This document shows positions 53,993-63,821 of a DNA stretch of 64,000 nucleotides, piece after piece (the first letter of the stretch is position 1; every line of letters begins with the position of its first letter). The notes under the pieces are model-generated. The model was not told the origin of the DNA, did no database searches, and saw only the letters and a list, made by a program, of their open reading frames with translations. Position numbers and translations under genes: made by a program. The DNA lies in contig SVNA01000008.1 of the NCBI GenBank assembly GCA_015067145.1, forward strand, positions 1,601-65,600, written 5' to 3'. This DNA comes from Oscillospiraceae bacterium (lineage in GTDB: Bacteria > Bacillota > Clostridia > Oscillospirales > Ruminococcaceae).

Positions 53993-56900
53993 CCGCTTTC
54001 TCCTCCTTTACTGTAAACTGTGCTTTTTCCTTTGGTTTTACCCTGTCAAAGTCACGGCAGATTGCACGGTATCCGCAGTATTCGCAGCCTGTTCTGCCGT
54101 TCCCCGTATCCAGCGGAAGATTGTCAAACTTTCCGCCGTATACATTTTCCGCCATCTCTTTTATCTTGTTCTGTGAATGGTCAAGAATGGCTTTAAACAG
54201 CTTTTCATTTACAACAGCACTGCCGCTTTCACTTTTAAGTTTTCCGTCTCTGCCTTTTATAATACCGTACTCACCCTCACAGTTTGCATCAAAGCCTTCG
54301 CACACAGCATCGCTTTCCAGGGCCATGCCTGTAGGGGTGTAGAGATTTCCGCTGTCATCAAATTTAAAGGCCGCATCACTGGGCTGATACATAACCGCCG
54401 CAGGTGTGGGTTTTTCCAGAAAATCTTTGCTGTTCACAACGCTGTTCATATACAGAAGCAGCTGTGAAGATATGCCGTTGTACACATCGTCAAGACTGAA
54501 ATTTTTGCTGCCTGTCTTGTAGTCAACTATACGGATGTAGTTTCTGCCGTCCTTTTCCATTGTATCGATGCGGTCGCACACGCCGATTATGCTTACACGG
54601 CTGCCGTCGTCCAGTGTAACTGTCACAGGCTTTACATCGCTGTCAAAGCCGATCTGTTTTTCAAATGCAACAGGGCGGAAAAGGGACGCCTGCTGTTCTG
54701 TGTGTATATATCTGAGCAGATGCAGGGCATTCTGCTCCATATCATTGCTGAGGGAGGCAAAACGGGCGGTTTTACGCACCGCTTCAGGATAGCTGGTGCT
54801 GAGATATTCTGCCACCGCTTCTTTGGTTTTTGCCTCAATTTCCGTCCAGTCCGCTTTGTGATAGTCCTGTCTGTACTGTTCCATAACCTTCTGGGCAACG
54901 GTGTGGAGATAGTCCCCCGCTTCACGCTGGGTGAGGGCCGCTTTTTCCAGCGGATATATTTTAAAGAGATTTTTTATAAGATAGCTGAACGGACATCTGT
55001 AGTAGCCCTCTGCCGCTGTAGGAGAAATAACCATATGATTTCCGATAAGCTGCCTCAGGCTGTCGGTATCGGTTATATCAAAGCGGCGGCTGTCTGTATG
55101 AGGCACGCTGATGCCGAGACTCGCCAGATATTCCGCCCCCTCTTCCCCTTTGGTTTCGCCTATATACTGGCAGAAAAATTCCTCTGTAATACAGTAATCT
55201 TCAACCGCAAGACTGTCTGCACCAAGGCCGAGTGCCTTTTTGATGCTCTCAATTTCGGCAGACATGATCTCGCTGCTGTCGATATTTTTTAAAGCACAGG
55301 AAACAAACAGCTTTTCCCGTGCTGTTGTAAGGGTTTTGTAGAAATATAAATTTTCAAAGGCAAACCGCTGGGCAAAGTCGGCACTGATTTCGCAGTTGTT
55401 TTCCTTTAAATACTGCACATCCGCAGAGGATAAAATGCCGCTGTCCGACACAATGGACGGGAATATATCCTGAGATGCACCAAGCACCAGCACCACCTTT
55501 ACAGCGTCGGTTTTCATACGCTGTGGGGTGGAGATAAGCACACAGTCCTGTGTCTGTGGTGCAAAGCCTATTTCAGTGCCCTGCACCATAAGCATAAACA
55601 GCTGCTGCAGCTCGCCGGGACGCATAACCATACTGCCGCAGATGCGGTAAAGCTGGTTTACACATTCCACCGCAGTTTCCCACTGGCGCAGGATAAGGTC
55701 GGCTTTGTCTTTATCTTCTGTGCTGTTTATAATTTCTTCAAGGACAGTTTCACAGCCAAGGTCGGTTATAATTGCATACATTGCAGAGAGTATATCTTCG
55801 CACAGGGCTTCTCCTGTGTTCTGCCATTTTGAGAAAACATCCTTTACGCTGTACACAAGGCTGTTGATGGCAGAGAGAATCAAATCGTCCCCTTCCTCCA
55901 CCTCGCCGTCGGAAATTCTGCCGTATGGCAGATTGAAGGGCTTAGACCAGTCAAGGTCGTTGTCCTGCCATATATAGAGATAGTTTTCCAGCCAGTTGAC
56001 AGTTTCGCTGTCGAACTTTGTCAGCTGAGTTTTGAGAAGCGGCAGTATACTGCGGCTGCTGATGCCTTTTTCCATAACCTCCAGCACGGCTTTGAACAGC
56101 ACAACAGGGGCTGAGGAGAGGATAATCCTGCTCTGGTCGATAAAATAAGGAATTTTTGCAAGGGAGAAGCTCTCCTGCAGCTGATGCTCGTACTTTTCCA
56201 GCTGAGGGCATACCACCGCTATATCATCATAACTGTAGCCCTCTTTTGTAAGCTGGCTGATTTTTGCCGCAGCAAAGCACACCTCCTCGAACTGTGTCTC
56301 AAAGGCGGTTATATATGCACTGCTGTCCGTCTCTGTGTCTGTCAGAGGTTTTGACAACAGGAAATTATCAATATTTTTAAGGTCTGTGGTCAGAAAACGG
56401 TGCTGCTGTTCCAGCCTTATGGCAGGGGCGGCGGTGACACCTTTTTTCTTTGCGTACATCAGCAGTTTTTCCGCTGTTTTTGCGGTGTAGCTGAGGGGGT
56501 GTGTGCCGTTTGTGTTGTCGAAAACCCTGTCTGCCGTAAGGGTGATATACACATTGTCCGCTTTTTCCATTATGCGGGAAAGGATTGCATACTGACCGAA
56601 ACTGAAGCTTTCAAAGCCGTCCACAAAATAGTCTGTGCTGTCGGTGTAGCTGACCGGCAGACTTTCCCCAAGCTGAATGTACACCTGCTCAAGGTCACTG
56701 CCGCCCTGTCCCATATAGGCACAGTACTGTGTGTAGATAAGGGATATATCCTTAAGCTTTGCGTTTATCTGCGGGGCAGCCTGTGCTATATCATAAAGCT
56801 GTGTGCTGTCTATGCCGTTGCGTCTGAAATCCTCGAAAATTCTGCCCAGCTCGTAGGAAAATGCAACATTTTTCTTCTGGTTGTGGTAGCTTGTAAGCTG

Positions 56901-57203
56901 TTTGTGTACCGTCTGCAGAGCCTTTTGTGCCATAACGGCCTTGCCTGCATCGGTGAGCAGCACAGGCACAACTGCACCCTGTTCGGTGTAAACATCACGC
57001 AGCAGAGATGTAAAGCTGAAAACATTAACAAAGCCAAACTGACTTTTTTCCAGTGAGGAAAAAATTTCCGCTTCGCCTGTTTTGCTGAACTGTTCCGGAA
57101 CAATGAGAACACTTTTTCTGCCCTTTGATGCGTTGTTCAGTATCTTCTCTTTTATAAACTGGCTTTTACCCGTGCCGGCTGTGCCGATGATAAGCTGCAG
57201 CAT
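53985..57203 (-). CDS. addB: ATP-dependent helicase/nuclease subunit AddB
   Basis: 1072 aa. GTAGTGKS P-loop, C-terminal nuclease IVDYKTG, terminal Cys cluster (CEYCGYRAIC) for the Fe-S staple. 8 nt overlap with addA. Confidence 0.92.
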   Translation of the reverse strand: MLQLIIGTAGTGKSQFIKEKILNNASKGRKSVLIVPEQFSKTGEAEIFSSLEKSQFGFVNVFSFTSLLRDVYTEQGAVVPVLLTDAGKAVMAQKALQTVHKQLTSYHNQKKNVAFSYELGRIFEDFRRNGIDSTQLYDIAQAAPQINAKLKDISLIYTQYCAYMGQGGSDLEQVYIQLGESLPVSYTDSTDYFVDGFESFSFGQYAILSRIMEKADNVYITLTADRVFDNTNGTHPLSYTAKTAEKLLMYAKKKGVTAAPAIRLEQQHRFLTTDLKNIDNFLLSKPLTDTETDSSAYITAFETQFEEVCFAAAKISQLTKEGYSYDDIAVVCPQLEKYEHQLQESFSLAKIPYFIDQSRIILSSAPVVLFKAVLEVMEKGISSRSILPLLKTQLTKFDSETVNWLENYLYIWQDNDLDWSKPFNLPYGRISDGEVEEGDDLILSAINSLVYSVKDVFSKWQNTGEALCEDILSAMYAIITDLGCETVLEEIINSTEDKDKADLILRQWETAVECVNQLYRICGSMVMRPGELQQLFMLMVQGTEIGFAPQTQDCVLISTPQRMKTDAVKVVLVLGASQDIFPSIVSDSGILSSADVQYLKENNCEISADFAQRFAFENLYFYKTLTTAREKLFVSCALKNIDSSEIMSAEIESIKKALGLGADSLAVEDYCITEEFFCQYIGETKGEEGAEYLASLGISVPHTDSRRFDITDTDSLRQLIGNHMVISPTAAEGYYRCPFSYLIKNLFKIYPLEKAALTQREAGDYLHTVAQKVMEQYRQDYHKADWTEIEAKTKEAVAEYLSTSYPEAVRKTARFASLSNDMEQNALHLLRYIHTEQQASLFRPVAFEKQIGFDSDVKPVTVTLDDGSRVSIIGVCDRIDTMEKDGRNYIRIVDYKTGSKNFSLDDVYNGISSQLLLYMNSVVNSKDFLEKPTPAAVMYQPSDAAFKFDDSGNLYTPTGMALESDAVCEGFDANCEGEYGIIKGRDGKLKSESGSAVVNEKLFKAILDHSQNKIKEMAENVYGGKFDNLPLDTGNGRTGCEYCGYRAICRDFDRVKPKEKAQFTVKEEKADG

Positions 57204-57298
57204 AGTCTGCCTCCTGTAAATTTACTGATATATTATTTTACCATACATAATCACATTTTTAAACACAAACCACAAAAAAGCCGTGCCAAAAAACGCCA

Positions 57299-57344
57299 AC
57301 AAAAAAAGAGGCTGTACGCCGGATCAACGACAGTACAGTCCTCT
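57299..57344 (-). terminator. Intrinsic terminator after the THUMP methyltransferase gene
   Basis: AGAGGCTGTAC (57307-57317) pairs with GTACAGTCCTCT (57333-57344) with a one-nt bulge. The A-run at 57299-57307 gives a T-tract on the minus strand. Confidence 0.7.
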
Positions 57345-57358
57345 GTATTTTTACAATA

Positions 57359-58480
57359 TTATTTTTTATCGCCGTAGTACATATAAAGCTGGCAGGGAAT
57401 CATACCGTTGTACAGCTTGCGGCGTTTTGTTGCCTTTTTGCCGAAGTTTGTTTCAAACTCTGCATCAGAAGTGATGATGTAGCTTGCCTTTACAGGGTTC
57501 TGTGCAAGGCGTTTTGAGAGTGTTTTTTCCAGCTCCATGGCAACATCGATGTCACCAAGACGTTCGCCGTACGGCGGGTTTGTGATAACCACTGCATCTG
57601 CCTGTGGGGAAAAGCTTTTTACATCGGCTGTAAAGAAGCTGACCGCACTGCCAACACCTGCTTTCTGTGCGTTCTGCTTTGCAATTTCCACAACAAAGGG
57701 GTCTATATCAAATCCGTATGCTTTAAAAGGTACATCGCGGTTGATTGCCTGGCGTGCTTTGCTGCGTTCCTCTTCCCACACTTCTTTAGGGATAAAGGCA
57801 TATTCCTCCGCTGCAAATTTACGTTTGAGACCGGGGGCAATATTGAGGGCTTTCTGTGCTGCCTCGATAAGCAGTGTGCCGCTGCCTGCAAAGGGATCCT
57901 GAATAATGCTGTCGTTTCTCACTCGGGCAAGGTCCACGATGGCTGCAGCCAAAGTTTCCTTGATTGGTGCTTCACCGCTGTTGCGGCGGTAACCACGCTT
58001 GTGGAGACCGTCACCTGATGTATCCAGCATAACGGAAACTGTATCTTTTCTGAGAGCTACACGGATTTTGTAGAGATTGCCTGTCTCGGGAAGAATTTTT
58101 GTGTTATGACCTTTTTTAAGGCTTTCAACAATAGCCTTTTTAACGATTTTCTGACAGGCAGGAACGCTGGACAATGTTGATGAAAGGGATGAGCCCTTTA
58201 CAGGGAACTGTGCGTCCTTTGGCATAAGGGAAGCCCAGTTGATGCTGCTTACCCCGTCAAAAAGTTCATCAAAGGTTTTTGCCTTGAACTCCTTGAGGAG
58301 AATTACCACGCGTTCTGCTGTTCTGAGATTTATGTTTGCTGCTGCGATGATGCGTTCATCGCCTTTGAAGGTAACCTTGCCGTCGGTAACCTCCACATCG
58401 GTTGCACCCAGCTTTTTAACCTCGTAGCTGAGAACCGATTCGGTGCCGAAATAACAAGGGGCAATTAAAGTGTATTGCAT
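57359..58480 (-). CDS. THUMP-domain class I SAM-dependent RNA methyltransferase (RlmL/YpsC-like)
   Basis: 373 aa. N-terminal THUMP region, DPFAGSGTLLIEA SAM motif, NPPYGERL catalytic motif. Confidence 0.88.
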   Translation of the reverse strand: MQYTLIAPCYFGTESVLSYEVKKLGATDVEVTDGKVTFKGDERIIAAANINLRTAERVVILLKEFKAKTFDELFDGVSSINWASLMPKDAQFPVKGSSLSSTLSSVPACQKIVKKAIVESLKKGHNTKILPETGNLYKIRVALRKDTVSVMLDTSGDGLHKRGYRRNSGEAPIKETLAAAIVDLARVRNDSIIQDPFAGSGTLLIEAAQKALNIAPGLKRKFAAEEYAFIPKEVWEEERSKARQAINRDVPFKAYGFDIDPFVVEIAKQNAQKAGVGSAVSFFTADVKSFSPQADAVVITNPPYGERLGDIDVAMELEKTLSKRLAQNPVKASYIITSDAEFETNFGKKATKRRKLYNGMIPCQLYMYYGDKK

Positions 58481-58524
58481 TTAAACTTCCTCTTTCTTTC
58501 TGATAAAGGGGTGATGTGTATATA

Positions 58525-58573
58525 AAAGGCGGATGTTCCGCCATTAAAACAGGGCTCCGATAACGGAGCCCTT
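58525..58573 (-). terminator. Tandem intrinsic terminators after hpf
   Basis: AGGGCTCCG/CGGAGCCCT (58552-58573) and GGCGGA/TCCGCC (58529-58544). Each is followed by a T-rich run on the minus strand. Confidence 0.7.
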
Positions 58574-58586
58574 ATATTATATGTGT

Positions 58587-59117
58587 TTATTCCGGTAAAA
58601 GCAAGCCGTATTTGCCGTCTTTGCGTTTGTAAACCACATTGATTTCGCCTGTTACGATGTCTTTGAACATGAAGAATGTGTGGTCAAGCATATTCATTTC
58701 CAGAATTGCGTCGTCAACTGACTGTGGTTCGAGGTTGAATACTTTTTTACGAACGATTTCGTATTCTTCTTCCTCTTCTTCTCCTACAGGAAGAACAGGG
58801 AGTTCTTCGTACTTGTAGCTGCTGCCTTTGTGTTTGCGGGAAATTTTGCTTTTGTTCTTTACAATCATGGATTCCAGTTTTTCCACTGCTGCTTCCAGAG
58901 CAAGTTCCATCTTTGGTGCACTCTTTTCGCTGCGGAAGGATGCGTAGCGGTCCTTGATTGTAATTTCAACTGTCTGCCAGTCTTTTTCAACAGTTACTGT
59001 TACATGTGCCTGCACTTCTTCAGGGAAGAATTTGTCGAGTTTACCCAGTTTTTCCTCCACATTGCTTAAGAAAGTAGGTTTGAGTGTGCATTTTCTGCCT
59101 GTTGTGTTTATCTTCAT
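58587..59117 (-). CDS. hpf: Ribosome hibernation-promoting factor, long form
   Basis: ATG 59117 (MKINTTGRK...) after an AGGAGG RBS. S30AE N-domain and C-terminal dimerisation domain (FMFKDIVTGEINVVYKRKDGKYGLL). Confidence 0.92.
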   Translation of the reverse strand: MKINTTGRKCTLKPTFLSNVEEKLGKLDKFFPEEVQAHVTVTVEKDWQTVEITIKDRYASFRSEKSAPKMELALEAAVEKLESMIVKNKSKISRKHKGSSYKYEELPVLPVGEEEEEEYEIVRKKVFNLEPQSVDDAILEMNMLDHTFFMFKDIVTGEINVVYKRKDGKYGLLLPE

Positions 59118-59164
59118 AGACTGTACCTCCTGGGGTGAGCTTGATACCGAAGTATCTTGTAAAT

Positions 59165-59193
59165 ATATTAGCACAATGCACATATTTTTTCAA
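59165..59193 (-). promoter_or_regulatory. Sigma-A promoter of hpf
   Basis: Minus strand TTGAAA (59193-59188), 17 nt spacer, TAATAT (59170-59165). Confidence 0.6.
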
Positions 59194-59299
59194 CAGATTT
59201 ATCGCAATTTTTAACAGTTTGTACACAAATATTGTTAAAAAAATAAATTATCGGCATCTTCACATTTCGACAAACTTTTTTGAACAAAGATGCTATTAT

Positions 59300-59409
59300 A
59301 GTTTCACAGGCAAGGCTGCTTTTCAGGCTGAGCAGATTGTCTTGCATTTCCTCATATACTTTTTCTCTTGCAAAGGGACCGCAGTGATGGCGGTCCTTTT
59401 GTCTTTTTT
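59300..59409 (+). ncRNA. Candidate small RNA (orphan plus-strand transcription unit ending in a strong terminator)
   Basis: Extended -10-like TGCTATTAT (59291-59299). 5' hairpin GCAAG..CTGCT/AGCAG..CTTGC (59310-59345). Pyrimidine-rich single strand containing TTCCTC. Terminator GGACCGC/GCGGTCC plus TTTTGTCTTTTTT (59372-59409). No credible ORF. Confidence 0.3.
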
Positions 59410-59471
59410 ACCATACAAAAAGCATGTACGTCTCAGCAAAATCAGAGACAAAGTGTGCAAAAATCCCCCTA

Positions 59472-59509
59472 AATAACAAAAACACCCTGTCTTTTATCAA
59501 GACAAGGTG
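59472..59509 (-). terminator. Intrinsic terminator after divIC
   Basis: CACCCTGTCTT (59483-59493) pairs with AAGACAAGGTG (59499-59509) with one G-U pair. The A-run at 59472-59482 gives a T-tract on the minus strand. Confidence 0.75.
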
Positions 59510-59520
59510 CATATTATCAA

Positions 59521-59799
59521 TCATTTTTCGCCCTGGATATCCTTGTAGACCGTTTCGTTTGGGTTTGCATAGCCAAGTTTTTCTCTTGCCACACGTTCCA
59601 CATATTCTGCTTCGTCCTCAATTTCCAGAACGTGACGGATATCCTCTGCTTCCATCTCTACACGCTGCTGCTGTTGCTCCAGGCTTACAAGCTGCTGGCG
59701 TTTTGTCATAAGGTCAAACTGTGCACTGATAAGACTGATGGTAAGGTATGTAACAAGGCAGAAAACTGCGATGATTTTTATATTGAAAATCTTTTTCAT
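59521..59799 (-). CDS. divIC: Septum formation initiator family protein (DivIC/FtsB)
   Basis: ATG 59799 (MKKIFNIKIIAV...). Single TM segment, coiled coil, ERVAREKLGY motif. Confidence 0.88.
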   Translation of the reverse strand: MKKIFNIKIIAVFCLVTYLTISLISAQFDLMTKRQQLVSLEQQQQRVEMEAEDIRHVLEIEDEAEYVERVAREKLGYANPNETVYKDIQGEK

Positions 59800-59831
59800 A
59801 CCCTGCACCCCTTTCAGCATATTGCTTAACA

Positions 59832-60293
59832 TTATAAATTATATACCAAAATATCTTCGGTTTTCAAGTCCGCCTTTTCTTCCGTTTTTGGTGTTTCATC
59901 CCATTTTTGTCGCTTTTTACGGCACAAATCACAAAATACAGATTTTATTTTTTCAAACGAGCACAATATCTTGCGTTTTATGAAACTGAAAATTTTTTCA
60001 GAAATTTTCTGAAAAAATATGGAAAATCTGATGTTAAAAGACAAAAAGCCTGTAAATGCACCGATTATATGGTAAAAACGCACAACGGGATAGTTAGCAA
60101 AGGATACAACATAGCTGAAAAGCACCACGGCAAAGAGCGTGCAGATAAAGATATCCTTTATAAACAGTCTGATTTTACCCTTGTATATAAACACCGACAC
60201 AAGCTGGTTTATAAAACCCACGGCAAAGCCCACCGCCAGTGTAAAAAGAAAATCCTGCAGCAGAAAGCTGTAGTTTACACTTTCAAACATCAT
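59832..60293 (-). CDS. yabQ: Spore cortex biosynthesis protein YabQ
   Basis: 153 aa, about 4 TM segments. Position between yabP and divIC as in Bacillus. 4 nt overlap with yabP. Confidence 0.8.
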   Translation of the reverse strand: MMFESVNYSFLLQDFLFTLAVGFAVGFINQLVSVFIYKGKIRLFIKDIFICTLFAVVLFSYVVSFANYPVVRFYHIIGAFTGFLSFNIRFSIFFQKISEKIFSFIKRKILCSFEKIKSVFCDLCRKKRQKWDETPKTEEKADLKTEDILVYNL

Positions 60294-60562
60294 CGCAGCA
60301 GCTTTGCCAGACCTTTCTCGCTTCTGCCGTGGTTTGCCTGATACTGCAGATAGTTTATATCCCCCGAAAGCTCCATTGTTCTGCTGTCGGTATTCATCTG
60401 CCCTGCCACAAGATTTCTGCCCGAAACGGTCATCTTTCCGTAATCGGTTTTCAGTATCAGCTTGAACTCATCGTAAGCCACCACCTGTACAACCCCGGTT
60501 ATCTTCATTGTTCTGCGGTTTTCTATAAACACTGTGTGTTCGGATAAAATTTTATCGGTCAT
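60290..60562 (-). CDS. yabP: Sporulation protein YabP
   Basis: 90 aa. ENRRTMKITGVVQVVAYDEFKLILKTDYGKMTVSGRNL pattern. Confidence 0.9.
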   Translation of the reverse strand: MTDKILSEHTVFIENRRTMKITGVVQVVAYDEFKLILKTDYGKMTVSGRNLVAGQMNTDSRTMELSGDINYLQYQANHGRSEKGLAKLLR

Positions 60563-60605
60563 ACATCAACACCCCTTTGTGCAGTATATGACCGATAAGC
60601 TTTTA

Positions 60606-60848
60606 TTATTCTATAACTGTGTACATCTCCCTTGCACCGTCCTTGGTGTTTACATTGTCAACACTGAGAACCTTAACCCTTACAGGTGCTGTGCCGAACA
60701 TAATTTCGATCTCGTCACCGATTTTAACCTGATAGGATGCCTTTACCTCTCTGCCGTTTACGCAGATTCTGCCTGCATCTGCAACTTCGTTTGCAACTGT
60801 GCGGCGTTTGATAAGGCGGGAAACCTTTAAAAATTTGTCAATTCTCAT
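60606..60848 (-). CDS. yabO: S4-domain RNA-binding protein (YabO/Hsp15-like)
   Basis: ATG 60848 (MRIDKFLKVSRLIKRRTVA...) after an AAAGGAGA RBS. 80 aa. Confidence 0.88.
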   Translation of the reverse strand: MRIDKFLKVSRLIKRRTVANEVADAGRICVNGREVKASYQVKIGDEIEIMFGTAPVRVKVLSVDNVNTKDGAREMYTVIE

Positions 60849-60864
60849 ATAATTTCTCCTTTGC

Positions 60865-60893
60865 AAAAAAGCCGATACAACAGTATCGGCTTT
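60865..60893 (-). terminator. Intrinsic terminator after hup
   Basis: AAAGCCGATAC (60868-60878) pairs with GTATCGGCTTT (60883-60893). The A-run before on the plus strand gives a T-tract on the minus strand. Confidence 0.8.
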
Positions 60894-60906
60894 ACATTAC
60901 AGATAA

Positions 60907-61182
60907 TTATTTTGCAACTGCATCTTTGAGAGCTTTGCCAGCTTTGAAGGAAGGAGCCTTGCTTGCTGCAATCTTCATTGCTTCGCCTGTTTTTGGGTTG
61001 TGACCCATTCTTTCTGCTCTTTCTTTAACTTCGAACATACCAAAACCTACAAGGGAAACTTTTTCGCCTTTTACAAGGTTTTCTGTGATTGTGTCGAGAA
61101 CTGCAGTTACAACCTTTTCTGTTTCTTTCTTTGTCAGGCCTGTTTTTTCTGCAACCTGTGCAATCAAATCAACTTTTGTCAT
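60907..61182 (-). CDS. hup: HU family DNA-binding protein
   Basis: ATG 61182 ([20 protein letters not shown]...) after an AAAGGAGA RBS. 91 aa. [22 protein letters not shown] arm motif. Confidence 0.95.
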   Translation of the reverse strand: MTKVDLIAQVAEKTGLTKKETEKVVTAVLDTITENLVKGEKVSLVGFGMFEVKERAERMGHNPKTGEAMKIAASKAPSFKAGKALKDAVAK

Positions 61183-61312
61183 TTTAATTCTCCTTTTGTC
61201 AGAGTTTAACCGGTCTCCGACATTTTTTATTTTATTAATTCTCTTGAATTTTGCTGAAAGTGACGGGTTATATTTTACCAAATCGGTGTAACATTTGCAA
61301 TATAAAATTTGC

Positions 61313-62023
61313 TTATTTCACATCTAAATTTTTAAAATATTCAAGTTTTTTAGTGTTTTCAAGGCCCAGAACCTCTTCCGCATCATTCTTTGTTGCCGCT
61401 GCAAGAGAAACTGTGTCAAAAATCAGTTTACCCATAAGTTCTGCACAGTCTCCGCCCTCTTTAAGCTGTATGCTGATTTTCTCCAGCTGTGCGTGGAGAG
61501 AGGCGATTGTCTCATCGGCATTGTACTGTATAAGACCTCCTGCCGCTGCACGTTTCTGCAGTTTCTGTGCATACATAAGTGCAGGGAAACTTTTCGGCAC
61601 TGCGTCCAGCGTTTCGCTTACAGTCTTCTGCCCCTTTTCTTCCTGTTTGATTTCCTCCCATTTCTGCAGAACGCCGTCAACTGTCTTGTTGTCGAAACCT
61701 GCAAAGATATGGGGGTGGCGTACAACCAGCTTCTGCGCTGTGCCGTCCACTACGTCTGCAAAGGTGAACACCTTTTCCTCTGCCTCAAACTGTGCGTGAA
61801 GCAGCACCTGCATAAGTACATCGCCCAGTTCTTCCTTCATAAGCTCTTTGTCATCTGTGTCGATGGCTTCAATAGCTTCGTAGGTTTCTTCGATAAAGTT
61901 TTTGCGGATGGATTTGTGTGTCTGCACCTTGTCCCACGGACAGCCTTTTTCCGGGTCACGCAGCATTTCTATTATCTTCAAGAGGTCGTTTATATCATAT
62001 CTTTCTTTTATCTGAAAATCCAT
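61313..62023 (-). CDS. mazG: MazG nucleoside triphosphate pyrophosphohydrolase
   Basis: ATG 62023 ([10 protein letters not shown]...). [28 protein letters not shown] and a second MazG repeat. Confidence 0.9.
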   Translation of the reverse strand: MDFQIKERYDINDLLKIIEMLRDPEKGCPWDKVQTHKSIRKNFIEETYEAIEAIDTDDKELMKEELGDVLMQVLLHAQFEAEEKVFTFADVVDGTAQKLVVRHPHIFAGFDNKTVDGVLQKWEEIKQEEKGQKTVSETLDAVPKSFPALMYAQKLQKRAAAGGLIQYNADETIASLHAQLEKISIQLKEGGDCAELMGKLIFDTVSLAAATKNDAEEVLGLENTKKLEYFKNLDVK

Positions 62024-62066
62024 TTTTATTCTCCTGTAAGTGATATGCAAATATATTATATTCTTT

Positions 62067-63674
62067 CTATATATTACTATTTTCAGACGGGGATATCAAC
62101 AGAAAACCCCAGATAATTGCAATTAAAAAGTATATAAGGCTGTAAATCACTCCTGAAAAGCCAAGTTTCAATACAGGAGGCAGATAGCACAGGACTGTAT
62201 CGGTTAGAAGTATGACAATGAAGATTGCCACAGCTGTTGCCGCACAGGGTTTAAAAAAGATTTTTGAAAAGCTGAACTCCACACCTGTTTTTTTCACATT
62301 AATAATGCTGAGTATAAATATTATTGCATGAAAAACACAGGCTGATACAGCAAAAGCCTTTATATTTATCTGCGGAACGGCACAAAGAATGTAGTTGACG
62401 GTACATTTTGCAACTGAAGCGATGAACAGTATGCGGAAAACAATAGAAGATTTACCCGCTGCATACAGCACCGAATTGAACACCGATGTAAAACAGCAGA
62501 ACACACTGCTGCAGAGCAGTATACCCAACAGCTGTGCCGAAACCCTGGTCTGTGCCCCGTTTGTGCCAAAAAGGAATCTTAATATATCGTATCTGAAGAA
62601 GAAGATATACACCGTCACAGGCACACTTATCCCCGCTGTTACGGCAAAAAGGCGACGGGTCTGCCTTTTAAGACAGCAGCTGTTTTGCGGCAGCATTGCA
62701 CGGCTGATAACAGGCAGGCTTGCAGTGCCGATATAGCTGAGCACCGCAGGCAGGAGATTAAAAACCGTCATCACCATACCCTGATATATTCCCAGCAGGT
62801 ACATAGGCATATCCTCTGCATTTTTAAAGGATGCACCCTCAAAGCTCTGCACAATATCCCGATACGGTATACGGCTGATGCGTGGAAGACAGACCGCTGT
62901 GTCAAAAAATCCCGAAAGGGATATAACAAGAGCGGAAACTGCAATGGGAAAGGACATTCTGAAAAGTTCCTTTTTTGAAATGCCGTTTTTTGTCTGCAGT
63001 ATGTACCTGTTTTTTCCCCCGATATTCTTTTTCTCTGCCCTGTCTGCTCTTTTAAGCATCCACAACAGATAAGCACAGCACAGAAATCCCGATACAGTAA
63101 CTGCAGACAGTCCCGCTTTTACAGTGGCATCTGTTACTGTATGTGCAAAAAATTCCCTGGCAAAATACACTCCTGCCAGACCGAATACCGTTTTGGAAAC
63201 ACTCTCCAGTACATTTGCCGTTGCTGTAGGCAGCATATTCATTCTGCCCTGAGTAAGACCTTTGCAGATATTTTCCACCGCTGCCAGAACAACCGCCGGG
63301 GCAAGTATAAGACCTCCTGTAAAAAACAGGCTGTCATTCTGCAGCTTAGAGTAAATGAAGCTGAATGCGACAAAAAGCACCGATAGTACCAACGCCCAGC
63401 TTATATACAGCTTTGCTGCTGTTTTTTTAAGGACTGCTGCCTTGCTGCAGCTGTTAAGTTTTGCCGCACAGTGCGAGATGCAGGGCACAATGCCTGCTGT
63501 TGCAAAGGAAAAAAAGGGCATAAACAGACTGAAAAGTGCACTGTATCTGCCCATCTGTGCCGCACCGAGCATACGGGTGAGAGGTATGCGGTAAACTGCA
63601 CTGAGCAGTTTTACAACAAATCCCGATACCACCAGCACCACACCCGCTTTTACAAATGAATTTTCCTTTTTCAT
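62067..63674 (-). CDS. MOP-superfamily polysaccharide/lipid II flippase-like protein (YabM/SpoVB/MurJ-like)
   Basis: 535 aa, about 14 TM segments. N-terminal GVVLVVSGFVVKLLSAVYRIPLTRMLG pattern. Position upstream of mazG as yabM is in Bacillus. Confidence 0.8.
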   Translation of the reverse strand: MKKENSFVKAGVVLVVSGFVVKLLSAVYRIPLTRMLGAAQMGRYSALFSLFMPFFSFATAGIVPCISHCAAKLNSCSKAAVLKKTAAKLYISWALVLSVLFVAFSFIYSKLQNDSLFFTGGLILAPAVVLAAVENICKGLTQGRMNMLPTATANVLESVSKTVFGLAGVYFAREFFAHTVTDATVKAGLSAVTVSGFLCCAYLLWMLKRADRAEKKNIGGKNRYILQTKNGISKKELFRMSFPIAVSALVISLSGFFDTAVCLPRISRIPYRDIVQSFEGASFKNAEDMPMYLLGIYQGMVMTVFNLLPAVLSYIGTASLPVISRAMLPQNSCCLKRQTRRLFAVTAGISVPVTVYIFFFRYDILRFLFGTNGAQTRVSAQLLGILLCSSVFCCFTSVFNSVLYAAGKSSIVFRILFIASVAKCTVNYILCAVPQINIKAFAVSACVFHAIIFILSIINVKKTGVEFSFSKIFFKPCAATAVAIFIVILLTDTVLCYLPPVLKLGFSGVIYSLIYFLIAIIWGFLLISPSENSNI

Positions 63675-63743
63675 ACCCCGCCGCCTTTGTGTACAGATTC
63701 TGCTATATTATTTATATCGGCGTGGGTTTTGTATTATTCTGAA

Positions 63744-63781
63744 TAAAACAAAACAGCCTTTGGTTTTTTCGCCAAAGGCTG
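63744..63781 (-). terminator. Intrinsic terminator after the partial radical SAM gene
   Basis: CAGCCTTTGG (63754-63763) pairs with CCAAAGGCTG (63772-63781). The A-rich run at 63744-63753 gives a T-tract on the minus strand. Confidence 0.75.
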
Positions 63782-63821
63782 CTGTCTGTATCCCGATTGT
63801 CTGTCCGCTGCAAAAACGTCT

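Noticed and set aside
59135-59476. 113 aa plus-strand ORF in the hpf-divIC spacer
   Set aside because: It has no RBS, an odd composition, and runs through the hpf promoter and a terminator hairpin. The region is better explained as non-coding (see the sRNA candidate).
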